A stretch of 64,000 bases of DNA from an uncultured virus (IMG/VR IMGVR_UViG_3300011437_000001). Its lineage: Duplodnaviria > Heunggongvirae > Uroviricota > Caudoviricetes. The stretch lies in IMG/VR virus record IMGVR_UViG_3300011437_000001, one strand, 5' to 3'. A model generated the notes under the pieces. That model was not told the origin of the DNA and did no database searches. It saw only the letters and a list, made by a program, of their open reading frames with translations. Every line of letters begins with the position of its first letter. Positions within the stretch are counted from its first letter, which is position 1. Positions 16,724-25,959 of this stretch are shown piece by piece. Made by a program: the position numbers and the translations under genes.

Positions 16724-16937
16724 AGCAGCCAAGCTCCTTGAGTAATCTCCGCACCATGGGGCGGGTTACCTGGGCCTCTCGGGCGATGTAGCTCACCGCG
16801 TCCCGGAAGTTGTCGTCGGCGGCGCGCATCTGCTTGATGATCTTGAGCACCGCCTTGCGCTTCTGCTCCACCGTCCGCGGCGGTGGCGGCGGGGGTTTGA
16901 ACTTGAAGCTGTCGGTGGCGGCCTTGCCTTCAAGCAT
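16698..16937 (-). CDS. Small HTH-like protein
   Basis: VSYIAREAQVTRPMVRRLLKELG. Confidence 0.55.
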   Translation of the reverse strand: MLEGKAATDSFKFKPPPPPPRTVEQKRKAVLKIIKQMRAADDNFRDAVSYIAREAQVTRPMVRRLLKELGCYVQPRRLV

Positions 16938-16962
16938 GGGAGCCTTTCACCTTGGCAAGAAT

Positions 16963-17202
16963 CTACCGCCCGTTCTGGGCGAGCCGATCGGGGAACATCA
17001 CCTCGGCCATCGCGTCGGCGTGGATCCTCGCCCGCTGCGAGATCTGGTACGCGGGCATGGTTCCCTCGTACAGGGTGATCATCTCCGCGTGGAACTGCCC
17101 CGCCCATTGCAGCCGCCAGTGCTGCTCGTGGTCGCAATCGTCGCAGCGCGGCGCGCGCACAGCCCCGACGCTTTGCTGGTTTCCGTGTTTGCATACGCTC
17201 AC
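16963..17202 (-). CDS. Hypothetical protein
   Basis: GTG start overlaps the upstream stop. Confidence 0.5.
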   Translation of the reverse strand: MSVCKHGNQQSVGAVRAPRCDDCDHEQHWRLQWAGQFHAEMITLYEGTMPAYQISQRARIHADAMAEVMFPDRLAQNGR

Positions 17203-17474
17203 GCCGCACCGCCTTCGGCCTTGGCGATGGCGGCGCGAAGCAGTAACGCAACATCGCTATTGATTGAGGCGCAGGTTAGAGCCTTTCGGCAGGCTTCGAG
17301 CAGACCAGTTCGCACCGGGTCAAATGCTCCGATACGCGACACAGTTTCATAGAGGGTTTCACGCCACGTAAACAGGCCGGGTTCTGCATCGATGAGCAGG
17401 ATGCGCAACCTTTCGGTCAGCTCGTACAGTTCATCGAGGTTCGGTGTCCGCGTGTGCTTAGCTTCCGTTTTCAC
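17199..17474 (-). CDS. Hypothetical phage protein
   Basis: C-terminal LLEACRKAL...RAAIAKAEG, a pattern common in small phage proteins. Confidence 0.6.
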   Translation of the reverse strand: MKTEAKHTRTPNLDELYELTERLRILLIDAEPGLFTWRETLYETVSRIGAFDPVRTGLLEACRKALTCASINSDVALLLRAAIAKAEGGAA

Positions 17475-18183
17475 CTTCCACCCCCTAGCGCCAAAGGCGC
17501 CAAGAAAAACAACGCTGCCATTCCTGCGATCACGGCCGCGCCGGCAACGATCAGCGCCGCCCACTCCACGCCGCGCCATGCCGTCTTGCAGGCGCGTCCC
17601 AGCCTTGTAGACTTTCTCACGTTCTAAACTCCTTCACGGTGTTGAGGACAGCCCCCGCCGATTCACGGTCGCGCGGGGGCACTTTGCTTTCATAAAGCCC
17701 GCGCCCGCATCGAAGCGGGCCAAGCGCGTTTGCGCGAGTCGCCAAAAACCGCGCGGGCCGTGAGTGAAAGATCAATGGCCGGGGTGCCAAGTCTTTCCGC
17801 CGTCGTGCGAGTGCACACCAGCCGCTACAGCCGCATTGCTCACCTTGCGGCCGCTCATGGCCTCGGCACGTTGCACGGCTTGGCGGAGGGCAAAGCTGTT
17901 TTCTACGGAAAGCCGCCGGTAAGCGCAGACGTCGGACAAGCAGCTCCATCGGCCCAAACCAGCGGTGCAAGTCGCGGAGGATGTAAACCCAGCCGCGCGA
18001 TAAGGCCCGGTCGATCATTCTCTTGACCCCCTCCGGGGATGTTCCCTTGGAGCTGAACGGCTGCGCGACGGTGATCGATTGGCCGCTGCCGACCAGGTTT
18101 CTCCGGGTCTTTGTCCACGATCTGATTCGCGCCACGCGTGCCGCAAGCCGGGCACGGGCGGCGCTTGGCGCTCTTGGAGGTTT

Positions 18184-18609
18184 TCACGCGCCACCGCCTT
18201 TCGCGTAGGCGATTGCAGGCGCAGCGTCACCAGTGATCGGTATCTCGACTAGCGTCTGCCTGGAGTCGCACTCATTGCAGTAGCCAGCGTCCTGCACGCC
18301 AGCCAACTCCCATTGCTGTAGCTCAACGCTCCATGCAGCTGTGGCATCTCGCACCACGTTGTCACTGCCGCACTTGTCGCAAACGATCCTGATGGCGGTG
18401 GGAGGCTTCTTCGCCGTCTCAATCGCAGCGAGCCACTGGTCAAGCTCCATACCCGCGTACTTGAACGGCTCGACGCCATTGACTGGCGACAGCCGCTTAA
18501 AGCACGTCCAGCAAACCACGCAGCCCACGTCCTTCGGCCCGCTACAACCCCGGCAGGTCGTTTCCTGCCTCGCCTGCATCTCGGTAACCACGGCAAACCT
18601 CGCTTTCAC
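18184..18609 (-). CDS. Two-module Zn-ribbon hypothetical protein
   Basis: CRGC/CWTC and CDKCGSDNVVRDATAAW...CNEC. Confidence 0.7.
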   Translation of the reverse strand: MKARFAVVTEMQARQETTCRGCSGPKDVGCVVCWTCFKRLSPVNGVEPFKYAGMELDQWLAAIETAKKPPTAIRIVCDKCGSDNVVRDATAAWSVELQQWELAGVQDAGYCNECDSRQTLVEIPITGDAAPAIAYAKGGGA

Positions 18610-18657
18610 TCACAACTCACTCACGGCCAGCCGACAATCAGCCAGCTCTCAGCCTTA

Positions 18658-18685
18658 AGTGTACTACACAAAGTGTTAAGAGCAA
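18658..18685 (-). promoter_or_regulatory. Candidate sigma70-type promoter (TTGCTC-16-TACACT)
   Basis: AT-rich segment about 50 nt upstream of the gene starting at 18609. Confidence 0.4.
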
Positions 18686-18705
18686 GGGAAGGGCAAGATT
18701 GAACA

Positions 18706-18730
18706 TAAGTGCTTATGGGATAAGGAGTTA
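18706..18730. promoter_or_regulatory. Motif copy TAAGTG-N13-GAGTTA
   Basis: Just upstream of the candidate promoter. Confidence 0.5.
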
Positions 18731-19339
18731 GGTGACGCTCGTCACCTAGATACGTTTCACAATGTTTTTATGTGGGTAATATTGCCCACTCGCTCTGAGG
18801 TCTGCTGGGCTTCGATTTCACGATGTTCACGATGTACGTCCCATATTTACTTATTACGTTGCACTCGTCGTCCGTGGGGCTTTACCTCGTGCAGCGGAAT
18901 CGTAAACGGTAGGTATGTGCCTCTCCATCCACCCACCTGGTCGTTGGCGGCCTCGGTCCGGTGCCGATCGGGCCTCGGGCGACCCCTATCATGGCGCTCG
19001 CGGAGGGGCTTGGGACCCCCCGCTGGGCTTCGGTACCCCCGCGGGCGGGCGGGCGGCGTTCGTATATCCCCCTGTGGTGACATACGCGGCTGGCCTGTGG
19101 CCTTTTCCATCGTTTGGCGGCAGAGAAGTCAGAGAAGTCAGAGTTTTCTTGCCCCGTCTTTTCCTTCACAGGGTCGTTGTTGCCTTTGGGGCCCCCCGGA
19201 TGGTTTGGGTTCCCAGGGGACCACGTTTGGTGCGGGAGGTTTCTGGGAATGGTTCTGGGGTATGAACGGTGCGCGCAGTTTGGGGTAAGTCCTGCCGGCG
19301 AGACTTGCGAAAACACCCGTTTTGCACGTGCCGTTGGAG

Positions 19340-19720
19340 CTAGTGAGTTTCCTGTCTCTGGCCGGGGATATGCTCCGTTACGCCCGGCTGACTAACGGTT
19401 GGCTGTTCATGGTTCGCCACGAACGTCACGTGCTCTGCGATGTTTCCTATGGCTGAAGCTGGGGCGTCGACGAGTTGGTCGGAAGTGCGCTTCTTCCACC
19501 CTCCGTCCTTCTTCGTTTTCGCCTGTGCTGGTGGTTGCGGGGTAATGCCTTGCGATGCTCGTCGACGGGCGGCGAGTCGTTTGGCTCGTCGACGGGCGGC
19601 TTTGGTAAGTCGCTTAGCCTTCGTTGGTTTGCCATCCCAGCGGCCCTTGGCTCGGTCTGCGGACCGGAGTCTGCTGAGTGCGTTGTGGCTGCGTCGACCT
19701 CGACGAACGAAGCTAGGCAT
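19340..19720 (-). CDS. Highly basic hypothetical protein (uncertain)
   Basis: Arg/Lys-rich ORF with AAGGGA RBS, but it lies just after a terminator. Confidence 0.35.
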   Translation of the reverse strand: MPSFVRRGRRSHNALSRLRSADRAKGRWDGKPTKAKRLTKAARRRAKRLAARRRASQGITPQPPAQAKTKKDGGWKKRTSDQLVDAPASAIGNIAEHVTFVANHEQPTVSQPGVTEHIPGQRQETH

Positions 19721-19732
19721 TCCCTTGCCACC

Positions 19733-19768
19733 AAAAAAAGAACCCGCGGGCCTGAGAAACGCGGGTTC
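19733..19768 (-). terminator. Intrinsic terminator
   Basis: GAACCCGCG-loop-CGCGGGTTC followed by T7 on the minus strand. Confidence 0.75.
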
Positions 19769-19965
19769 AGTAAATCGCCCAAATGGTGTGGCGGGCGGCT
19801 ATGTGCGTCGGTTTATCAGGCCAACGAGGCAAGACGTTGATCAACTCGATGTCCGATGTCAAGCCCCTGCCTTGAGAATTTCTTCGGCGAGCTTTCGGAC
19901 TTCGGCGGGAGCTCTTGCGTCCATGCTCACTCTCGCTTTCTAAAGTTTCGCCGCGACCGACCGTT

Positions 19966-20151
19966 TCACGTGCCGACTAGCGCCAGCACCGCGGCTTCCA
20001 GCCTTTTCATCCGTAACTTCTGACGTTCTCGGTACTTGCGTTGCGCTTCCGCATGGCATACGTGGCAATTCCGCTGGCCTTCGCGGGCCGGGTTGCCGCA
20101 GTGGCAGAGCTTTGGGTTCCTTTGGTTGGTTTCGATTTCAGCCATCTGCAA
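19966..20151 (-). CDS. Small Zn-finger-like protein
   Basis: CHCG...CHVCH followed by a basic helix. Confidence 0.6.
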   Translation of the reverse strand: MQMAEIETNQRNPKLCHCGNPAREGQRNCHVCHAEAQRKYRERQKLRMKRLEAAVLALVGT

Positions 20152-20244
20152 GCCGTTTGTAAGCCCCGTTCCAGCCGGTTTCCCGTTGCGCCCTTGCGTT
20201 GGGCGGTTCGGTCCGGCGTGGTGAACCCGGACGGGGGGTCGGAT

Positions 20245-20481
20245 TCAACCTGGGGCCTCTAATGCGTTTTTGCGCGTCCGGAAGTCGGCCAGTTTCATAT
20301 CCAAGGTTCGGCGGCCCATGCCCAGCAGTTCAACGGTCTTGATGCGCCGGCCGCTGTGCCGGGCCAAGGCAGCTTCGATGAGCTGGCGTTCGGCATCTTC
20401 AAGCCAGTAGCCGTCTCGCATCGTGACCACGAGCACGGTGCGACCATCCATCTTTTCCGGATGGAAGAATTCAGCGAGCAC
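20245..20481 (-). CDS. Second stand-alone Fis-type HTH protein
   Basis: LEDAERQLIEAALARHSGRRIKTVELLGMGRRTLDMKLADF. Confidence 0.8.
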   Translation of the reverse strand: MLAEFFHPEKMDGRTVLVVTMRDGYWLEDAERQLIEAALARHSGRRIKTVELLGMGRRTLDMKLADFRTRKNALEAPG

Positions 20482-20483
20482 TC

Positions 20484-20831
20484 TCACGCTTCCACCTCCC
20501 GCGGCATGCCCAGCACGTCGTCGATGTCCTCGAACACTTTGATGCCCAGCCGCTTGGCCTCGGCCACTTCGATGTCGGCGCCCTTTGATTCTCCGAACAG
20601 GCGCAGCACCACGTCGCAGGCGCGGAGCCATTCCAGGTTGTGGTCGATCCACACTTGCCACCGCTGGGGGTAGAACATATGCCAAAAGTGGGTGAGGTGT
20701 GGGACGTAGGGTGCGAAGCCGGCGCGCAGCAGCGACTCGCCGGCGTCGATGGCGTCGTGGACGTTGGTGGCTACATCTCCACGGCTGTAGGGGCCGGCGA
20801 CATAGACTCGGGTTTTGCGGGTCATAGCCAT
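20484..20831 (-). CDS. DUF4406/DUF1937-like (nucleoside deoxyribosyltransferase-fold) protein
   Basis: VYVAGPYS, PYVPH and WLRACDVVLRLFGESKGADIE motifs. Confidence 0.8.
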   Translation of the reverse strand: MAMTRKTRVYVAGPYSRGDVATNVHDAIDAGESLLRAGFAPYVPHLTHFWHMFYPQRWQVWIDHNLEWLRACDVVLRLFGESKGADIEVAEAKRLGIKVFEDIDDVLGMPREVEA

Positions 20832-20992
20832 CTCCTCAGCGACTTCGCGACGTACAAGCGCCGCGAGCTGCCAATCGGCACGTAAACCGCCCAGGTCGAA
20901 AACGGCCCGCGCCGGAACACCGCGTGCTCGATGCCGCCGCGCAGCACGTGCACCAGGTACACGTAGTCGCGATCAAAACTTGGGATGCGCAT
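20822..20992 (-). CDS. Small hypothetical protein (56 aa)
   Basis: TGATG coupling to the DnaB stop; MRIPSFDRDYVYLVH...; fills the gap exactly. Confidence 0.45.
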   Translation of the reverse strand: MRIPSFDRDYVYLVHVLRGGIEHAVFRRGPFSTWAVYVPIGSSRRLYVAKSLRRWL

Positions 20993-22386
20993 CAAAACGC
21001 CTCCACTTGCGCCGGCGGGGCCGGGGCTTGCTGCTCTTCGTCCTGGGCCACGCTGGCTTCCGCCGAGAAACTGAACGTCGGCTTGTTGAACCGCAGGGTG
21101 AACGCCGGCGTGGGGCCGTCCTTGTTCTTGGCCACGATCACGTCGATGTCCACGTCCTTGACCATTCGCTCGCTGTAGCGATCCGCGACCAGGCGGTGCA
21201 GCAGAATCACCATGTCGGCATCCTGCTCCATGTTGCCTGACTCGCGCAGGTCAGAGAGTTTCGGCGGCTTCTCCGTCTTTTGGTTGCGATCCGGCCGCAG
21301 CAACTGCGCGGCCGTCGTCACCTGCACGTCGTTGTCCAGCGCCAGGCGGGAAAGCCCGCGGCTGATGCGGCCCAGTTCGAGGTCGCGCGTCTGCGCCTTG
21401 CCCACGTACTGCACGATTTGCAGGTAATCGACGATGACCATCTTCACCCCGCGGCGGCGCACGTAGAGTCGAGACGTAGCGAGAATGTCTTGCAGCGTGA
21501 TGTGCTTGTCGGTGAGGTAGATGTTCTCGCCGCTGCTGTCGTTGCGCACCACGTCCACCGCAAAGCGGCGATCCTGGGGTGATGCGTTGCGCCGCAAAAA
21601 ACCAGTGCTTTGGCCCACGAGGTTGGCGGCGAAGCGCTGGGCGGTGCGCATCTCGCCCGCTTCGAGCACGAAAAACAGGACGGGGATGCCGCTGCGGCCG
21701 GCTTGCTTCGCCAGGTGCAGAAGGAACGCACTTTTGCCGACAGACGGGCGTGCGCCGACGATGACCAAGCTGGGCCGCTCCAGGCCGCCCAATGAGTCGT
21801 CGAGTGCTGTGATCCCCGTGAGGATTGAATCGGACTGCGTGCGCTCCCACCACTCGGGCAGCGTGTCGGCGATGTCCTTGAGCTTTCGCGGCTCATTGCT
21901 GGCGTTGCGGACGCCGGCGGAGTCGAGCTGCGGCGCGAACTCGGCCACAAGGTCGGCGGCCTCGGTCGTGGGGCTGTAGGCTTGCTCGCGCAACTGGCCG
22001 GCGATCTGAATCAACCGTCGCTTCTGGTGGGCTTCCCAAGCGATCTTTGCGTAGTACGGTACGTTAGCCACTTGCGCAAAGCTCTCGGCGAGCGTGATCA
22101 GGTATTGCATCCCGCCATCGATGAATTCGAGCTTGCCTCGTCGCTTCAGTTCGTTCCCGACGGTGATGAAGTCCACTTTTTTGCCGTCGGCGCGCATGTC
22201 GCGCAGCAACTCGTAGAGCACTTGGTGATCCGTGCGCGTGAAGGCGTCCGCATCCGTGATCACCTGAGTTGCTTCGTCGATGGCGTCGAGGCTGAGCAGC
22301 ATGGCACCCAAGATGCCCATCTCGGCATCCATGTCGCACGGCAGATCGCGCTCATTGGTTCGTGTTGTCTGTTGCTGCGGTGCCAT
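20992..22386 (-). CDS. dnaB: Replicative DNA helicase
   Basis: AEMGILGAML N-domain, Walker A GARPSVGKS, VIVDYLQ, LSDLRESGNMEQDAD, VAKNKDG. Confidence 0.95.
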   Translation of the reverse strand: MAPQQQTTRTNERDLPCDMDAEMGILGAMLLSLDAIDEATQVITDADAFTRTDHQVLYELLRDMRADGKKVDFITVGNELKRRGKLEFIDGGMQYLITLAESFAQVANVPYYAKIAWEAHQKRRLIQIAGQLREQAYSPTTEAADLVAEFAPQLDSAGVRNASNEPRKLKDIADTLPEWWERTQSDSILTGITALDDSLGGLERPSLVIVGARPSVGKSAFLLHLAKQAGRSGIPVLFFVLEAGEMRTAQRFAANLVGQSTGFLRRNASPQDRRFAVDVVRNDSSGENIYLTDKHITLQDILATSRLYVRRRGVKMVIVDYLQIVQYVGKAQTRDLELGRISRGLSRLALDNDVQVTTAAQLLRPDRNQKTEKPPKLSDLRESGNMEQDADMVILLHRLVADRYSERMVKDVDIDVIVAKNKDGPTPAFTLRFNKPTFSFSAEASVAQDEEQQAPAPPAQVEAF

Positions 22387-22606
22387 CCTTGGCCTCCTCG
22401 GTTGGGGTTCCTTCGATTCCTTCGATTGCACATACCGGGCAGAACGGCTGCGGCTTCGTGCCGCACTCCGTCCAGCCGTACTGCTCGACGATGAGCCGCG
22501 CGAAAACGCGGATGGGCATGTCGTGCTGGCTCATCTCGCTGCCGCACCCGGCACACTTGATGCTCAGCACCACGGCGACTCGGGTTTGAATGTGGTCGGT
22601 TAACAT
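22352..22606 (-). CDS. Small Zn-ribbon protein
   Basis: CAGCG...CPVC; GGAG RBS. Confidence 0.55.
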   Translation of the reverse strand: MLTDHIQTRVAVVLSIKCAGCGSEMSQHDMPIRVFARLIVEQYGWTECGTKPQPFCPVCAIEGIEGTPTEEAKDGTAATDNTNQ

Positions 22607-23340
22607 TGGATCTCCTTGGGCCATTGCTCGTTTACTGTGGCCTGCCAAGCCTTGATTGGGCTGTCCAGGCCCACGCCAACCTTGCTGCGGGCCATCTCTA
22701 TCGCCTGTGCGGCTGCGCCGATCTTGTCCTCAAACTTCCAGAGCCTACGGCCTACCGCGTAGATGGAACGCTTTTGAGACTGCCGCTCGTGGCTGCTCAG
22801 TTTCAAGGCGTCAGAGACATTGACGAGGAAGCGGTCTAAAAATGCCGCCTGCGTGAGGTACATCCCGCCCCGGTTCGGTGCCGGCCCGACGAGCACATTA
22901 GTGCCACCGGACCGGTCCGGTTTTAATTCGGATCGGATCGGTTCGGATCGGTTCGGTTCTGGTGGCGCTTTCGTGGCGCGCGCAGCGCCACTCTTGCGTA
23001 GCCTGAGATTGGCCTGCCGAATCGCACGTAAACCTCTGTCCTTAGCTGACTTACCGTTATGTCGATGGAAGCGTGGGAACAGAACTCCGCGCTGATCGAT
23101 CTCCAGCCAGCCCGCACTTTTCATCGCCTCTGCAAAACCAAATTGTGTAACAAGGCGATCGATGTCGTCACCAAAGACACCGTCTATTCTGCCCGACGCA
23201 GTGTGCGCGTCAGCCCACGACCACAGCTTGTGAAGTCGTCCAACAACAGCATAGAGATCCAGCTCGGTGCAGTTGGCGATCATCATCACGGCGGGGTCTG
23301 TGTCGAGCTCCATCCGCATCTTGATCCAATCACCGGCCAT
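22600..23340 (-). CDS. Phage replication initiator-like protein
   Basis: MAGDWIKMR...VVGRLHKLWSWAD...FAEAMKSAGWL N-terminus; upstream of DnaB; repetitive linker. Confidence 0.75.
   Translation of the reverse strand: MAGDWIKMRMELDTDPAVMMIANCTELDLYAVVGRLHKLWSWADAHTASGRIDGVFGDDIDRLVTQFGFAEAMKSAGWLEIDQRGVLFPRFHRHNGKSAKDRGLRAIRQANLRLRKSGAARATKAPPEPNRSEPIRSELKPDRSGGTNVLVGPAPNRGGMYLTQAAFLDRFLVNVSDALKLSSHERQSQKRSIYAVGRRLWKFEDKIGAAAQAIEMARSKVGVGLDSPIKAWQATVNEQWPKEIQC
22906..22962. repeat. Short pentamer tandem (CGGWT/CGGWC) inside the initiator gene, possible origin repeats
   Basis: ACCGG ACCGG TCCGG TTTTAAT TCGGA TCGGA TCGGT TCGGA TCGGT TCGGT TCTGG. Confidence 0.6.
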
Positions 23341-23358
23341 GTTGCCAATCCTTGGGGT

Positions 23359-23985
23359 TCACGGTAGCACTGAGCCAATGAGCGATTGGCCGTGGCTTCT
23401 TTCGTAACGGTCACTGTTGCGCCTGTTTTCTGATCTCGTAACCCACCGCAGGTTGCCTGCTCGGTTGTCGCCTCTGTTCCGGTTAATATGGTCGCATTCC
23501 AGGCCAGGTGGTCTTTTCCCGTGGAACGCTGTAGCAATGAACGTGTGGACTAGAGTAAACACGGTGCCTCCATCGATGAAAAAATCGTACTGAGCGTACT
23601 GACCAAGTCCTGAACGTTTTGGCTTTATGAGCCTGTTGTCTCGCAGCCGCCAAATGGAACCATCGCACCCAGCCGCATATCCCACGAACGCTTCGCATGT
23701 ACGCCAGTGGATGTCATTAGGCGGAAGAAGTGGAAGGCTTACTTTTTTTCCTAGGTCAATGTTTCTAATGATGCCGCGGCGCTTCGTTGCCGGGAAACCG
23801 AGGCGTGCTCGAATTTGCCGTACCCTCTCGCGGCTAATCCCGAACAATCGCGCCAGTGCAGAATTGGGGACTCCGCTGGCCATGAGTTCACGCATTCGCG
23901 TGTTTCGCTGCTCAATGGCGGTATCGATGCGGCAGGGAACGCCTTGGGGGCAACCACGTTTCTTTGTATGGCTTACCGAGGCCAT
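23359..23985 (-). CDS. HNH homing-endonuclease-like protein with N-terminal HTH
   Basis: NSALARLFGISRERVRQI HTH; NUMOD4-like YAAGCDGSIW; VHTFIATAFHG...CDHINRNRGDNRAGNLRWVTRSEN. Confidence 0.88.
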   Translation of the reverse strand: MASVSHTKKRGCPQGVPCRIDTAIEQRNTRMRELMASGVPNSALARLFGISRERVRQIRARLGFPATKRRGIIRNIDLGKKVSLPLLPPNDIHWRTCEAFVGYAAGCDGSIWRLRDNRLIKPKRSGLGQYAQYDFFIDGGTVFTLVHTFIATAFHGKRPPGLECDHINRNRGDNRAGNLRWVTRSENRRNSDRYERSHGQSLIGSVLP

Positions 23986-24262
23986 CCCTGGCTCCAAAAA
24001 AAAGGGCTCGCGCGTGGTCCCGTCAGAGAAACGCGCGAGCGAGTTCCGGCGGTGAGCCGGCCCTGGATCTATGATTGCTGGTCTTGACGGGACCTTTTTG
24101 CTGCCGCCATCCTTATCGGCTGACTGCGGGCATACCTTTAGCTGAAAGTAGGCTATACCGCAAGGGGCTTCCCCGATTATTTTTCCAGCGAGCACGGAGG
24201 CACTCCCTCTTGACGTTTGACATCGCGATCTTCAAAGTCCGCGCCCGCACGGAGGCGCAGCA

Positions 24263-25144
24263 ATGACACGAGCAGATTTCCCTTTCGAGCAGGTGCTCAA
24301 CGCCCGGGGTTTCTACCGCCTGGCCAACAGATCCGGGTGGATCAACGCGGACGGCGCGTTCATCGACGGGCTGGAAGCGGCCGCGTGCCGCGACAATTCC
24401 GACATGAGATGCCTGATCGACCACGCGGTCGACGACGCCAAGCCGCACGTGGATATTACGGCTGGCGCTGGGCTGACATTCGGCGAGGACCTGCCAAAGT
24501 GCCCGGAAGAGATCAAGTGGAACGGCATCGGCCTCTTGCAGGGACAGAGGGCTTACTTCGGTGCGAACGAGCGCGGCCAACTTATCCAGAGAGTCACGCC
24601 CGAGGCGCTGCTTCACGGCATCGTTCACGGGGATGACCGCTGCACGTTCACCAAGACCGACGCGGTGATCCGTTTCCAGATGGAGCTGCACGGCTGGATT
24701 CACTCCCGCCCCGACGGTCCGCGCTACGGCAAGTGCAGCGCGTGCAAGCGCGCGTACGAACGCTTCGATTCTCCGGAGCAGGTGGAAGCGTTCACGCAGG
24801 CCATGGTCGACGAGGCTTGCGCGCCCAAGAAAGACGATAGCGCTTGGCGGACGTTCTACGGCTTGCCGCCCGGCCCCGGCGCGTACAGCACCGCGACCAG
24901 TAAGCCCCTCGAAGTCCCATCCGTCAATGACCTACTCAAGACAATGCGGCTGATCCAGTCGCCCTACGTGGAGCCGGGAAAAATGTACCTGGTCGGCGCG
25001 GACTTCGGGCGTGCTTTCTCGTCTGGGTGCCTCGTCGGCATCCAGCCTAAGCCACCCTCGCGCCTGCGCCGGCTGGTCCGCTGGGCCTTCCGCCGCGAGC
25101 CGAAACCGTTCCTGCTGCACAACCCGGAGACGGATTTCGCATGA
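24263..25144 (+). CDS. Hypothetical protein, first gene of the rightward operon
   Basis: GGAGG RBS; 293 aa; stop overlaps the next start. Confidence 0.6.
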   Translation: MTRADFPFEQVLNARGFYRLANRSGWINADGAFIDGLEAAACRDNSDMRCLIDHAVDDAKPHVDITAGAGLTFGEDLPKCPEEIKWNGIGLLQGQRAYFGANERGQLIQRVTPEALLHGIVHGDDRCTFTKTDAVIRFQMELHGWIHSRPDGPRYGKCSACKRAYERFDSPEQVEAFTQAMVDEACAPKKDDSAWRTFYGLPPGPGAYSTATSKPLEVPSVNDLLKTMRLIQSPYVEPGKMYLVGADFGRAFSSGCLVGIQPKPPSRLRRLVRWAFRREPKPFLLHNPETDFA

Positions 25145-25548
25145 AAAAACTCCGACGCTTGAGGCTCAAGTTGGCATGGTTCTTCTGGCGGTTCACGCGC
25201 GCCGGGCTAAAGCATCGACACCAGCAACAGCTCGCGCGACTGGAAAACAAGTGGTGGCAGCGACTGCGAAGCAAGCACGAATTTTGGCAGCAAGGACCGA
25301 CCGCTGGGGATGCCATGAACATTCTCGTGAGTGATGACGGAGCGGTCAAAAAGGTGAATCCGAGCAACGGGCGCGCGGTCAAGTTCGTCCCGTTCGGCCT
25401 CGCATGCTACGAGGGGAAACTATCTAGAGGCCACTACGAAGGGAGTCACGTTGGCATCGTCGAAGATGAAGCGGCCGCCGACCTATTCCTCGAAGGCGGA
25501 TCGCCAAGGATGGTGAAAGTCGATGATCGAGCAGCCAGAACAGACTGA
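25141..25548 (+). CDS. Hypothetical protein
   Basis: Coupled ORF. Confidence 0.5.
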   Translation: MKKLRRLRLKLAWFFWRFTRAGLKHRHQQQLARLENKWWQRLRSKHEFWQQGPTAGDAMNILVSDDGAVKKVNPSNGRAVKFVPFGLACYEGKLSRGHYEGSHVGIVEDEAAADLFLEGGSPRMVKVDDRAARTD

Positions 25549-25819
25549 CGCCGGCCCGCCGCTGCGCTTCGCCACCATGCGCGATCTGATCGAAGAGATT
25601 CAGCGCCGCGCGGTGACCAGTTTCGTTCTCTACACGGTCGCGCCCAAGAATGAGCCCGGCTTCCAGGAACGGCGGATGGCCTACTCCGGCGGCATGCTGG
25701 CCGCCGCCGGGTTGTGCCAGTACGGGACGATGATCCTCGACGAAAAACTGCGCCGCGATGCGTCCGCTTACTGCGATGCCTGGGATGATCACGAAGATGA
25801 CGAGGACGGCCAAAGCTAG
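25523..25819 (+). CDS. Hypothetical protein
   Basis: Acidic C-terminus; overlaps the upstream ORF. Confidence 0.55.
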   Translation: MIEQPEQTDAGPPLRFATMRDLIEEIQRRAVTSFVLYTVAPKNEPGFQERRMAYSGGMLAAAGLCQYGTMILDEKLRRDASAYCDAWDDHEDDEDGQS

Positions 25820-25888
25820 GCGCAAAAACCACGTGCCGCCGAAAAAATCTTCCAGCCACTGTCACACTAAAGAGCTACAGAAGCGATG

Positions 25889-25913
25889 GAACTCCTTGCT
25901 GCACAAGGAGTTA
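25889..25913. promoter_or_regulatory. Palindrome AACTCCTTG-CTGCA-CAAGGAGTT (motif copy GAACTC-N13-GAGTTA)
   Basis: Perfect 9-bp inverted repeat in an intergenic gap before the packaging genes. Confidence 0.55.
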
Positions 25914-25959
25914 GCCGTCGATCCCCCGCGATTGCAGGTGCGCCGCACTTGTTCCAACT

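Noticed and set aside
17617..18187. Frameshifted or overlapping gene(s) in three minus-strand frames
   Set aside because: Parts of 17617-18135, 17772-17957 and 17903-18187 each look protein-like, but I cannot tell which is real without homologs, so none is called.
22906..22962. Second GGY-NN guide-like array
   Set aside because: It is short, lies inside a coding linker and its dinucleotide is almost invariant (TC/CC); origin-type repeats explain it better.
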